A DNA stretch of 64,000 nt, from contig CM082577.2 in NCBI GenBank assembly GCA_040954595.2, forward strand, positions 13,709,903 to 13,773,902. Direction: 5' to 3'. This DNA comes from Balanoglossus misakiensis (lineage: Eukaryota > Animalia > Hemichordata). Of this stretch, positions 1-11,693 are shown in pieces. Below the pieces are notes generated by a model. That model searched no databases, had not been told where the DNA came from, and saw only the letters and a list, made by a program, of their open reading frames with translations. How positions within the stretch are numbered: position 1 is the first letter of the stretch; every line of letters starts with the position of its first letter. A program made the translations under genes and the position numbers.

Positions 1-210
1 ACTAGGAGCTTTTCCCTTTACTCTGCCAGTGATGACAGGTTCAGTGATGACAGTACCAGTTTTCCACTTGACTGCTGTACACAAATTTCATCCGTATATA
101 AACGGGCTTCTGCTGCTGACAATTCACTGTGTCATAGCACTGCGAATGTTCGTTATCTGGTGAAACAGCACCAATCTGGTGATATTCTTCCTCCAGTAAA
201 ACCGTACCAA

Positions 211-227
211 TCCTGGCAGGCTCGCCA
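211..227 (-). promoter_or_regulatory. Primer-binding site complementary to the tRNA-Arg 3' end
   Basis: + strand TCCTGGCAGGCTCGCCA resembles the 3' end plus CCA of metazoan tRNA-Arg(ACG), and sits directly after the LTR end. Confidence 0.7.
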
Positions 228-229
228 AT

Positions 230-736
230 TGTCACAATACAAGCGTTGCGCTGTCGTCAGGAGTAGATTCGCAGACCGCCACAACGTAGTGACCTCCAGG
301 TTCTTTTATATTGGTTGGTGTAACACTGAAGGAGACACACAGGATATCGCAATAGCAAGTCTTCACCATGAAAACACCAGTGAACTTTATTCACTCTGCT
401 GATACAATCGCTCAACGCGACTCCAGAACAAATCCAGAACTGCGCACCGAACTCAAACTTCGCTCTAAATTTATAGTCAACTCGTTACTAAAAATAAGTA
501 TGACATCATATCTAAAAATAAAAATATGATGTAACTTTCTAAAATTAACCACTCTAGAAACTTCATGAATGTTCTAACAGGGTCTAATCAATTCCAACTT
601 GACATTCAAATGACCTTCTAGAATATTCCTAAAATTTCTAATACATTCCAATGTACAACATGTAAACTACATCACAAGTTACTACAAACTGTAAATAGAA
701 ATATATATAATAATGAAATAACAATGTCTTGTGACA
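230..736 (-). mobile_element. 5' LTR of a Gypsy-type LTR retrotransposon; internal region runs off the left window edge
   Basis: Bounded by the inverted repeat TGTCACAA(230)...TTGTGACA(736). On the minus strand it is followed after 2 nt by TGGCGAGCCTGCCAGGA (227-211), and an AATAAA lies inside the LTR (~386-391). Confidence 0.75.
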
Positions 737-906
737 CAGTGCATATCAAATGAAAAACAGACTTGGAAGGCTCATATTGTAGTTGAAACCTAAGAAATGT
801 ACAGTTTCAAGCTTGACTTATAATTGTTACACTATATACTGGTGCATTCATTTATTGTCAACATCACTCTCAGAAAAATAACTCCCCTAAAATATCTGCA
901 TTTCAG

Positions 907-3900
907 AGGATATCAACGACCAACGATTCCTTCTGTTCATTGCTGCTAATGAGGTAGGCATGACGATTGAAGTAAAATCATTTTATTTGAAATTACATAC
1001 AATAGCCCTAGTCTATGGAACTTTGCTTTTGCTTGCAAATGCTTTTTAGGTTTATGACAGAATTTAGTTTACACTTTAACCTTCAAAAGTGAAGATTTCC
1101 AGACCTGTTTCTGATTTATAATGATTGCTTTTTTCCCCTTTATAAAGGAAAAATGTTCCTACAAATTACCATGTGGATTTTCACTCGAGGTCCCACCAGA
1201 ATGTGTGGAAGAAGACACAGCATTGTTGGTCACATGTAACAAGAACGTCACCAAGGTCCCTCTTGCAGACTTTGAATGGTACGAGTCAGATGTCCTTGAT
1301 TTTGCGGCAGATCACATTAAACTGAAGAAACCCGTCTACCTGGTGAGGAAATGTCTAAATGTTCAGCCCTTTGAGAGAGAACAGATCATCCTGACAAGCA
1401 AAAATGGTAAAACATGGGAAGAGTTAAACACTGTTGAAGTAAGTACATCTGCACAGTGAAATTTTACTACACTTAGAAATGCCATTCTTTAAGTGATATT
1501 ATTTCAGTACACACATATGTATGGGTATTTATACGTCTCCATGTTTTATCAAGAAAAAGTGGTGAAAACTGGAATCTACCACACATTCTCCCATCCAAGA
1601 TTGTAAACAGGTGAGATTTGCACGATGTTGGTCGGCCACCGTACATACCCTCCAGCACAATATAACAACCAAACAAGTATAAGTGTACTTCTTGCAGTTG
1701 TACATAAAAGTCCTTGCTAAAATTCATGAAAACTTTTTTTGTGAACATTGTATACAATTGTTGAACATACAAGCATACACATGAAGACATGACATTCTGT
1801 TTTCTATCCATTTCCACAAAGCATTTACATGAATATGTAATTACATTATCAGTTATTGCAGCCACTTCCCATTTGGCAAAATAAAATGCAGTTTCTCAAT
1901 AGACCAGTATGTTTCACTAGATTCTGACCATACACTAAGAAAAGTAAAAATGATATTAATTGTTAAATGTTCATTCATATTCAGGAAAACAATCATATCA
2001 AAGTAGAAGTTCGCCATTTATCACATTTCATGGCAATTTCAAGACCGTACAAGGACATGTTTGATATCAGCAGAGAAGGTGGGAAATTTTCCACAAATAA
2101 AGATGAACAGATTAGCATTGTAGTTCCAGAAGATGCCATAGAAGATGAGAAGTCTCTGATAATAGAGGTAAAGATCATCATCATCATCATCTACCCATGC
2201 CTTTTATTACCCCATTAGAGATTAACATGACACAAAATTAAAGTGGAGCTGATCAGTGCCAGATTGCTTGTTTGATTTTGATACAATCTTTGACAGTCTG
2301 CATGCAGCCAACAGCAATGAAACCCTTAGGTTTGTCATTTTTTCACAGATACATGCAATTCAGCATATTATCAGTTAAAATGCACTTTCAGGTTTCAAGT
2401 CCAAAAAATCGCGTCAAGGACACGGTGGTCCCATTGAGTTATTACACAAGAAAAAGTCTACACCAGAGTACATGGCCATATACAGACAGACACACACACA
2501 CATAGCGAGAGATCAATGGGCAAGCACTGACTGACCCATAAGCTGCCAATGGCATTGTGCTGTACATACACTAAATAGAACAGCTGGCCTCTATAAAACT
2601 TAGCCAGTTATGTAATAATTCAGGAATTTGCTTTGTTTATATGAAACACAGAGGGGAGTTCCTGCCTAATTAAAACAACTCAATAAAGTAAATACACACC
2701 ACTTTGCAAAGCAATCTGACCAGTAGTTCTTGAGTTACTGAGTTTTGCCCAAATTCACATTTTTCCAGCTAATTTGCATATTTTTTGGCAATGACAACTT
2801 CATTTGAACAAACTCCCATCTACAGCCCAGCCTGCATCAGCACACCAAATATCAAGGTGATACACGCAGCGGTTTTCAAGTTTTTGATGTGGACGGACAT
2901 ACAGAGTGACATACATCCATCCATACATACATAAATCCATCCATCCATACATACAGACGCAACCCATCCCATAAGGTCCCATGGTACATACCAATGGGAC
3001 CAAAAAACGAGATTGGACTCCCAGCCAGATTACCAAAAGTGCAGTCAGCTGACTCAGGATCAGAGACTGATCCATTGCAAGATTTCAAAAAATGCAGGCG
3101 TGCGCCAGTGATGGACAATATGGAAATATTTTCTGAGTCTATGTAAAGATCACAGACTTGCAAATAAAAATGCAATTTATCAAAAAGGCTGGTGTCTGCA
3201 ACTACATGTAGTACAGATGCATACCGGTGTATCTGCTACTTATTGATGATCATTGATGTTGCAGTTAGATCTACGTCTGTGTGCTAACTTTTACTGTTTG
3301 TATTGAAGGTCCATGACTGTAGCTATAACACAGTTGATAGTGTCTTCCCAACTGGTGGAGAATCTCTCGATGTGTCCTTTGCATCCATAGTGTACATCAA
3401 TCGAGACCAGAGGGAAAGCATAAAGTTCAAGAAGCCTGTAAAACTAACCATCCCACTCCCACCAGACATTCCAGGTGTTTCCTCTGATGATACAGAACTG
3501 TGCATACTAAAAGATGAAACTGGTAATTGTGAATGGAAAGATATTACCAAGGATTGTACTTTTACTTTACAACACGATTTTGTGGAATTATACAGTGAGA
3601 CACTAAGTGGGTAAGTTGAAATCATTTTTTTTTCCAAGTATACATCATATCAACCTAGACTTGGAACATTATGACTGTGGTCACTCTAATTCCTTGGACG
3701 CATCAGGCCTAATATAATATATAGTATCTGCAGGTGATGCTGAACACCTATTGCCTGGCCATGAGGGCCATAGCAGCCGTTTATTACACCCGAGGGGCCG
3801 TGAGTTACCAGAATCATATGCTATTTCCCGAGGCCGTAGGCCGAGGGAAATAGCATATGATTCTGGTAACTCACAGCCACGAGGGGGTAAAAACGGCTGC

Positions 3901-6810
3901 TATGGCCCGAATATAGGCCAGGCTATAGGTGTTTTATAATAAACCTCATGCTAACAGCTGGGAAAATCTTGCAATTTTCTCTTGAGGTTGGCAGACGACA
4001 TCTTTAGCGTGGCCATTGTGTCAGACGACGCGACGCTGATTGACGTTACCACGTTGGTCACGTGACCGGTTAATATTTTTTCTGCTATTTCCCTAGCGGT
4101 TCATAGTCGATTCTATTTTCCTATCACGTGACGGATTCTGGCGAATCACGGCACAGTATTAGCATGAGGTATATTATAATAAGGTATATGTACTGTACCA
4201 TATGTAAATGTATGTTAAATATTTTGCACCAGGGGGAGATCTTCCATTCCATATTTCACCATTTTCATCGCTTGAAAGTGTCTGGATTTTTTTTAGGTAT
4301 TCATTGGGAAGATACATCGAAGGCATCATGCCAGGAATTTCTGATATGCTTTCAACAATCACAAACTTCAAGAAGGCTGGAACCCAGATTGTAAAGATAC
4401 TGCTTCTTCAGCACAAGGATAATGCAAGACGCTTAAGATGTGACCTGGTAGAGACCAAGGGACCATCCATATCAGATCCATTGCCAGAGAAGTATAAACA
4501 ATATGATTATGAAAAAAGAGCCGAGAGTCCTGATATTCAGATGAAAATTGGAGACGTTGTCAGAATTTCTGTACCCACAGAGGGGGCTTTTGTTCTAGAG
4601 TCTGTGCTGAACATGAGTCAACCATACTACCCTTATTCTGATAACCACTGGGATGTCACTGTTGCTGTGAAACCCGAGCATCTGGTTGGACATATGCTGT
4701 TCCAGAAAAATGATGAGCTGAAACCAGAAGTCGAGCTCCAATTCTCAGTGCCAAATGTAAGAACCTACCTTAACATGTAAATAATTTAAATGAAAATGGG
4801 TTGTCATTGTTGTATCGCAAAGAGATGACTGTCTTGTATGAAATGGTCAAATTACTGATGCTAGAAGTTTCCATTTAGGATTTGGGTTCAATGTATTATT
4901 TAAGGTGTTATGCACCTCAAAATAAAAGGTCCTCAGATCATGTTGAAATTAATACTGATGATACTATGACTTCTAAACATTTAATCTATGGAATAAAAAT
5001 TGGGGGTCAACAATCTAGATTTTTGGAAAAACGCGCCCTCTATCTAGCACGTCTTTAAGCTTTTGCCAGTGTTCGTAGATCTTTGTAAAGCGGCTTCATA
5101 AATAAGTATTTTTTTTGGGGGGGGGGTCGTATTTGTTTCACCATAATAGAATGTAAACTTACTGAATATTTTATTTATAGCAATTTTGAGAGTTTATCTT
5201 GTTTATTATGATAATCGCATATCAATACAACTGTTAAATTAAACACAGCATTGCCTAAAAATCCACTTTTGTATAATTTTTTTACCACTTCTAGTTGTAA
5301 ACTTGTTTTTAAACTTGATAGATACATGAACCTTGTTTGAAATATATCAATTCAATTTAAGGCAAAAAAATAGGGGGTCACCACAGAAATATTTGAGACA
5401 CAGGAAGTTGGCTTTCATGCGTTTTCAACAGCCCTGGAGAGGCTGCAAAGGGGGTTTGTTGCTATAGCAACCATCAGTATTGCAAACGCGCAAAAATTTC
5501 AGTCACAAGTTTAATACATCGTGTACATCAAGTATACATCATATGTACTAAAATAACCTCACAGCACTACACTACAACTTTGTATGAAAAACACTGGAAT
5601 TAAAATTTAACTTTTCACACAGAAACCTGTGCAAACAACTAAAATGATCGGGGCACGATATGATATTCCTTAAGCAATAACCCCCCCCCCCCCACCCCCG
5701 CTAAATTCGGGAATACCACAAGCTATATATCACAGTTCAAAACATATATGCACGTGCTGCAGGCAAGTGCATATATGGAGTGAATTGTGGTTTATTTGCT
5801 CTTTCAATGTTGCTGTCATATATAAAGAGTTTCTTTTTGTCATGTAGGGGGGGGTCAACTGAGGCAAGTTGCTAGCAGTTCTTCAAACAAAGGTTAGTAT
5901 GTGTCAGAAATAATACTATGCTATTGCGAAATGTGCCATTTATCTCCAAATGGTGGTTTGATGGTTGCATAGGGGTTACTTATAGATTCTTGGGGATGGT
6001 CACTGTGAAAGTGTGATGAAACTACAATGAACAACAATTAATGTTTAAATGTAGGGTAATTTCAAGAAATTTTAAAACCTACTGTCATAATATGAGGTTT
6101 CTTATGAAAATATCGCAAAGTATACATGAGGATATTAATGCCCCGAATCGCTCGACGCGTAGCGATAGGGGCACTAATATCTGAGTGCATACTTTGCAGT
6201 ATTTTCATCTTACACCTCGGTAAGTTTTTGTGTTGCATATTGCTTTGCTTTCAAAATGCCAAGTACGGAATGCGTGTTCCATACATACCGTTCCGTACAG
6301 CGTTTTTAGCACACGCAAAATTATATTGTTCTCGGTGCTGTATGTATAATAATATAGTTTTAAGGGAAAAAAAACATTTCTCACACAAGCATATTTGTCA
6401 GATTTGAGAAACATGAAATGTGCTTGTTATGTATACCTTAACATTAACACAGTAACATTACCATTACAGATTCACAGGGTTTTGAAACAACTCAACTGAA
6501 TCCACTGAAGGTCCTATTTCTGGAACTTGAGAAGAGTTTAAGCAGAAGTGATGATGAACGTATACTTCGAGGCATGTTACGAAATGAATTCATACCAAAA
6601 CGAGAGTTACAGGATTTGAAATTTCCCTCAGATATATTTATCCGTTTGGAAGAGTATGGTCATTTCAGCAATAACGATTTAACACTTCTAAAGGAATTGT
6701 TTGGAATAATGGAACTACCAGCATTAGTCTCATTGGTGGAGGAGTGTGAAAACAAACTGCAATCAGAAAAACAACGTGGGAAAAAAAGGCCATTTTCAGA
6801 GAAAGATTAA
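907..6810 (+). CDS. PIDD1-like protein (ZU5-ZU5-UPA) with C-terminal death effector domain; 5' exons lie outside the window
   Basis: Phase-compatible AG/GT exons: 907-953, 1148-1438, 1985-2167, 3309-3610, 4297-4756, (5848-5892?), 6470 or 6478-6810. The joined protein aligns by eye with PIDD1: VRHLSHFMAISRP vs HFSWFLVVSRP; FKKPVKLTIPLP vs FLQPVTVQLPLP; WKDIT vs WDDIT; VKILLLQHKD vs VNLIALQRRR. The last exon (LKVLFLELEKSLS...IFIRLEEYGHFSNNDLTLLKELF) is DED-like. Confidence 0.8.
1148..1438 (+). CDS. Exon, first ZU5 domain of the PIDD1-like gene
   Basis: aag|GAA acceptor, GAA|gtaagt donor, 97 open codons (GFSLEVPPECVEED...SKNGKTWEEL). Confidence 0.8.
1985..2167 (+). CDS. Exon, end of ZU5-1 (HLS motif) and start of ZU5-2
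   Basis: ttcag|GAA acceptor, GAG|gtaaag donor, phase 0/0; VRHLSHFMAISRP...EGGKF...ISIVVPEDAI. Confidence 0.8.
2560..3007 (-). mobile_element. Helentron-associated non-autonomous element (HINE/DINE-like), intronic; left boundary approximate
   Basis: Minus strand begins with a T-run and the hairpin GGTCCCAT...ATGGGACC, followed by a (GTAT/GGAT)n microsatellite. Confidence 0.45.
3309..3610 (+). CDS. Exon, second ZU5 domain
   Basis: aag|GTC acceptor, GG|gtaagt donor (phase 2); FKKPVKLTIPLP...EWKDIT. Confidence 0.8.
3743..4179. mobile_element. Palindromic non-autonomous DNA element (Crypton-like MITE)
   Basis: Long hairpin 3743-3933 centred on GGCCGTAGGCC, plus a second inverted pair at 3934-3954/4159-4179 ending in TTATAA. 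Family assignment is inference. Confidence 0.55.
4297..4756 (+). CDS. Exon, UPA domain
   Basis: ttttag|G acceptor completes the phase-2 codon; AAT|gtaaga donor; sequence resembles the PIDD1 UPA region. Confidence 0.8.
6090..6220. repeat. Decayed palindromic MITE
   Basis: Imperfect inverted arms (ATGAAAATA...GCAAAGTAT / ATACTTTGC...TATTTTCAT) around CGCGTAGCG. Confidence 0.4.
6478..6810 (+). CDS. Terminal exon, death effector domain (DED)
   Basis: Two acceptors: 6469|6470 (phase 1) or 6477|6478 (phase 0). Helical DED-type pattern; stop TAA at 6808-6810. Confidence 0.7.
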   Translation, partial: GFETTQLNPLKVLFLELEKSLSRSDDERILRGMLRNEFIPKRELQDLKFPSDIFIRLEEYGHFSNNDLTLLKELFGIMELPALVSLVEECENKLQSEKQRGKKRPFSEKD

Positions 6811-6981
6811 GAACCATATGCATTCGCCGCATATCTCCAGACTGTTGCGGTGATAAAGGCAACGCCAGAATTCTCATGAACATGCCATTAAAATATGAAT
6901 TAAATGCCAAGACTCCCATGGCATTTAAGGAGGAATTCAAGATGTAAAACACATTGTTAGCTGAATTAAATGAAAAAAAAC

Positions 6982-7212
6982 TTTACCTTGCTAGTAAAGG
7001 GGTTCTAATAAAATATGTGTAAAAAACTGGCGTGATCTGTGTCAGTTTACTCACTTTCACTTATCTGTGTCAGTTTGGTGTATACAAGTTACTTGTGCAT
7101 ATCTCGAACAACGCAACACTGCAACAGATAAGTGAAAGTGAATAAAACGGACACAGAGCACTCCAGTTTTTTCAAACAGATTTTATAAGAACCTTTTAAC
7201 TAGCAAGGTAAG
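6982..7212. repeat. Palindromic MITE
   Basis: Arms TTACCTTGCTAGT...TCACTTTCACTTATCTG / CAGATAAGTGAAAGTGA...ACTAGCAAGGTAA. Confidence 0.6.
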
Positions 7213-8142
7213 GTTTCCCTTTAATGTCTGAAACATGAATATATCTGTTGTAATGACCTTTCTATCACCAGATGCGTTTTGTATTGTGACTGAACATTTT
7301 CATGTACATGTATTAGGTTTTCTGGACTAACATGTAGAAGCACATACAAACAAAGATCCATGTATTTATATTCATGTGTATATAATTGATAAAGACAGGA
7401 TATTTTTGCTGTAGATTTTTGCGAATGATAAATTTATGTGAATTTGGCGAGAGCCAGAAAATCAAGGAAACAAATGCATCAAGAAGTATATTGCTGAAAT
7501 ACAAAAGTTATGCCTTGTTTTTGTAACTCAGTATCATTGTGGGAAATTTCTGAAAAACTTGTGTTTTTTTTCTTTTAAACCTCTGATAACCTATAGATGC
7601 AAAACCTAAGAATTTAATTACTTTAGCCTAAATACAATAAAACCTGCCTTAACCGACCCCTGTCTAATCTGTAAACCTGTCAACACCAAACACATTTTCC
7701 TTTGACATAACCACATGTTAAAAGAACTCTATAAACTAAATCAGACACGCACGATTAAGACGGTTCTGAAGCTTCTCAGATGAAATACTGGTGTAAATTA
7801 TTACATGTGAACGGTTTAAGTGGTCCTGCGTCTTAAATTTGAGACGGCTATGACCAGGTTCAGACAGGGAAAAATTTGGACCGTTCGGAAGCGTCTCAGA
7901 TTAGAAACCGTCTTAAAAAACATGTGTGGACTGTGTAAGTGGTCCTGAAACGGCTCAGATTTGAGACGGCTTTGCTGGCCAGACCTGAGTCGGTGTAAGG
8001 ATTAACACCTCTCCGCAACCCATTGTCTGTGGGACCGAGCCTCAGCGCCTATACATAAACTTTGTGTGTGTGTCTGTGTTTACCATAGTGTCTCAAATTT
8101 TAAATTTAATAAATTTTTAGATTACTTAATCGCTCAAGTTCA

Positions 8143-8750
8143 ATAGTGTCCGATTAGTCCTGTTTCAAAATGACCTACATTACACGTCCTATGCACATGT
8201 ATTGCATGTTCTGATTGGTTTATCCGCTTCTCTAAGGTCCACTTGTGGCACGCTGATTGGAGGGACCTTATGTGTTAGGTCTTATTACTATGCATTATTC
8301 ACCAGACCTTGTAGGTTAGGTCTTATTACTATGTATTATTCACTTTACAGCTCCCTGATTGGTTATTGTGTAGGTCTGGTCCTCCAGTGTTCACTACCTC
8401 ATTATGCAGGACCTTGTAGGTTAGGTCTTATTAATATGTATTTATTCACCATACAGCTCCCTGATTGGTTAACGTGTCAGTCTGGCCCCCCCCCCCAGTG
8501 TTCACTGCCTCATTGTGAAATGTCCCATGTGCTTCCTGGCTAGCGTTGTGATAACACATTATTCGGTTTGTTCATTGATTTTCTGAGAAATAGCCTGACT
8601 GATACTATTTCCAACATAAACCGCACCCTGGAAAGATTAAATGATCATTTAGATGGACTTTGAAAATCTGATTTACTCATCTAAGCATTTTAGATAAGTT
8701 GTATATTTTTTTAATCACCCTCCTACTTCTCATCATCAATTTTATTATTG

Positions 8751-8809
<59 letters not shown>

Positions 8810-11215
8810 TTATTATTATTACCAGTTAAGGGGTTTAAAGAATTATATAAACAATTTATCAATTTAATAAGCACGGGTGGATTTTCTGTACAATCATTCC
8901 TGATTCTTCATATTCATAATTTAGCGCTAAAGACACCATTTTTCAAAGTGGCCTATGTATCTAAAATTGCAGACGGCGTTTCAACGCTTTCGGTTGGAGA
9001 TTTTCTACATATTCACAAAAAGACCACGGGTATTGTTAACACTATTTAAAACATTGTTATCCGGTGAGTCTGGTGAGGTAAAAAACTTCACTCGAAACCC
9101 AGCGCAACTTTTATTTACGTACAACATTGTAGCAATTTTTCGTATGTTTGCGCGCGCTCTGAAATCACGCGATGTCAACTGAGTGTGAACGAGCTGTTTC
9201 GCGTCATGTCGTCTGACCAGTTTTCGTGGCTAAAACGACAGGAATAATACCCCAGTTGGCTTTAGAATTGCACATATCTTGAGATTTGAGCGCCATAGTA
9301 ACCGCAGATATCGTGGAAAAGGAAGGTTAGTGTTAAAATCATTGTTTTCAATCGAAATATTGACCTCTTCCTGATGCTACGTGTCAGTGTCAAACGGACG
9401 CAATGTTTACACGGCAGCCAAATAGAATCGGCGAAATGAAGAAATGTTATCACGATACTTTGGATTTCATGTTATTATTTCTCGGGAATGTTATTGTTTT
9501 CTCATACGAGGTGACAGGACAGACACACGAGGCATCTCGCGGTTATGTTTTGACTGCATTTGCTTGTGTATGACGGGTCTTCGCATTCATCAGAAGCTAT
9601 CGTGCGTCGCTGAGATTTGATTCTTCATTAACGAAAATTGTTTCATAACCATACCAAATAAAACATTTCCAGAAATTTAGAAGTTTGCAGACTTTTCTGC
9701 TAGTTGTTTATTTAGTGTTGAAGTCACGCTGAACTGCCAAATTTAACACAGACTCGCCGTCAACACTCAAAGAGTGTGTACTTCTACGAGTGTGTCCTGT
9801 AACTGCCTTCCTTCGCTAACCATACAACAACAAATAGACGGTAAACGTTTATGCAATACCAATGGATTTATGTTTTAAAACTGGTCGACAGTCAGGAAAT
9901 ATGCATGAACAATCGATTGATTGGATTCCCCAGCGATACTATTGTATCTTGTGAATTTTTGTAGTGAAACTGTGGAAATCGGCAGGCTGCATTGCCAGTT
10001 GTTCTGCACATGCGCAGTTACTCTGTCTTGAAAGAAAAGTCAAATTTCACCAACTTATTATTGTGCATTCGGAAAATAAACCCCAAATGTTTTCTTTGTG
10101 ACCAAAAATACTGCCAGTGTGATTTTGTGTTCAAATTCAAGCTATTATTATTTAAATTGACTTGTGATACCTTCTCTTAGCACAAAAAGCATAATTTCAG
10201 CCCCAAAATGGTTGCCATAGAAACATGTGATCACTAAATGGATATCATTTTTGTTCTTTTTGAGCCAAAATACCCATATGGTGAAATTGTTGTGGAAATC
10301 GGACCTATTATTATTAAAATTATTATTTTTATATAATTCTTTATTTAATTATTGTTGTTGTTATTACTATTTTAAAGTAAATTTGTTTTGACGAAGATGT
10401 TGTGATAAGGACCACGTTGTCCGTTTTTACATTCCTATATTGTTTTCATAAAAATGGAACTATGACGGTGAAGCTTCGTGAAAGAAGTACAATAAAAGTT
10501 ATCATACCTGCAAAGCAACTAATGAGGTATCCCAAAGAAATGCAATGCTATTCTAAACAATTCTATTGTAAGATATTTTTGGTTTGCTCGAATGAATAGC
10601 ACACACTTCGTATTCAGCCAGGTGTTACACGAAGTGATGCGCTGAAAGACATTACGTAACAAAACACTAGCCCATTTCAACAAACCGCCCCTGGAAATAA
10701 AATACTAAATTTCTCCTGTCAATTTTTATTTCGAGTATCTAGTTCACAGTATCACATAAAATGCCATGAATAGTGAAGGAAAAGGTGAAATCCAATCATT
10801 ATATGAGTGCCTTTCTTTATACATTGGGATCGAGCTTCGACCACGCGCAGGCAGCATGCCAGACAGAATACGACAACTGTATTCAGAAAGTACAAAAGAC
10901 TTTGCATAACGAGGCAGTGAAATCTGGAGACCTACACATTAACCAATCAGGGAGCTGAAAATTGAATAAATACATATTAATAAGACCTAACCTACAAGGT
11001 CCTGCATAATGAGGCAGTGAACACTGGAGGACCAGACCTACACATTAACCAATCAGGGAGCTGTAAAGCGAATAATACATAGTAATAAGACCTAACACAT
11101 AAAGTCCCTCCAATCAGCGTGCCGCAAGTGGACCTAAGATTACCAGATGGACCAATCACAGATGTCGGTACATATGTCATGGACCTGACTTATGAAACAG
11201 GACTAATTAGACATT
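8143..11215. mobile_element. Foldback-like element with ~300-400 bp imperfect terminal inverted repeats built of subrepeats; carries a nested insertion
   Basis: 8150-8520 is the reverse complement of 10910-11213 (e.g. AGGTCCACTTG.GGCACGCTGATTGGAGGGAC). No TSD recognised. Confidence 0.55.
8821..10350 (+). mobile_element. ~1.5 kb non-coding (ATT)n-targeting element, copy 1
   Basis: Homologous to 23991-25527 and 25533-27121 (inverted). Subterminal IR TAAAGAATTATATAAA/TTTATATAATTCTTTA; both flanks are (ATT/GTT)n. Confidence 0.75.
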
Positions 11216-11693
11216 GCTATGTAAATTGCCTCAGAAGTGGCTAGTGTATCGTTTCTTACCTCAAGATTGCGCTCTGGGTGTGAGACCACACATCAATATT
11301 GTGAACTTGAACTTGATCTTTGATAATCAGCTGATAGCCACAGTTTTCTTCTGCCATCACAATGGATCAAAATCCTGGACCAGTCTCCACGATTGTTACA
11401 CGTTCAGTCATCAAGTTCTATGAACAAGCATAAAACATGTACTATAGTTGATTAAACCAGAATTGCATTTATTATTATTATTAAGAATTGTTTAAAATGC
11501 GCTACACATACGTCTCAGCGCATTGTACATAGCTAAAAGAGTAGATTAAAAAATACAAGGCTGGTAAAAATAGTTAAAAGGACACAATCTCACGAACACG
11601 TTACACATAAAACCGAGTAAAAAGGTATGTTTTCAAATTACGCTTAAAAATATTGACACTTCTGGCGGTTTTGATATCAATAGGTAAATTGTT

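Noticed and set aside
4900-5673. Possible TTAA-flanked Kolobok/piggyBac-type MITE in the intron
   Set aside because: Both ends have TTAAGG/CCTTAA, but the TIRs match too poorly to support boundaries.
8677-9049. Poly-Ile/Asn/Leu ORFs (also 26989-27304)
   Set aside because: (ATT)n microsatellite artefacts.
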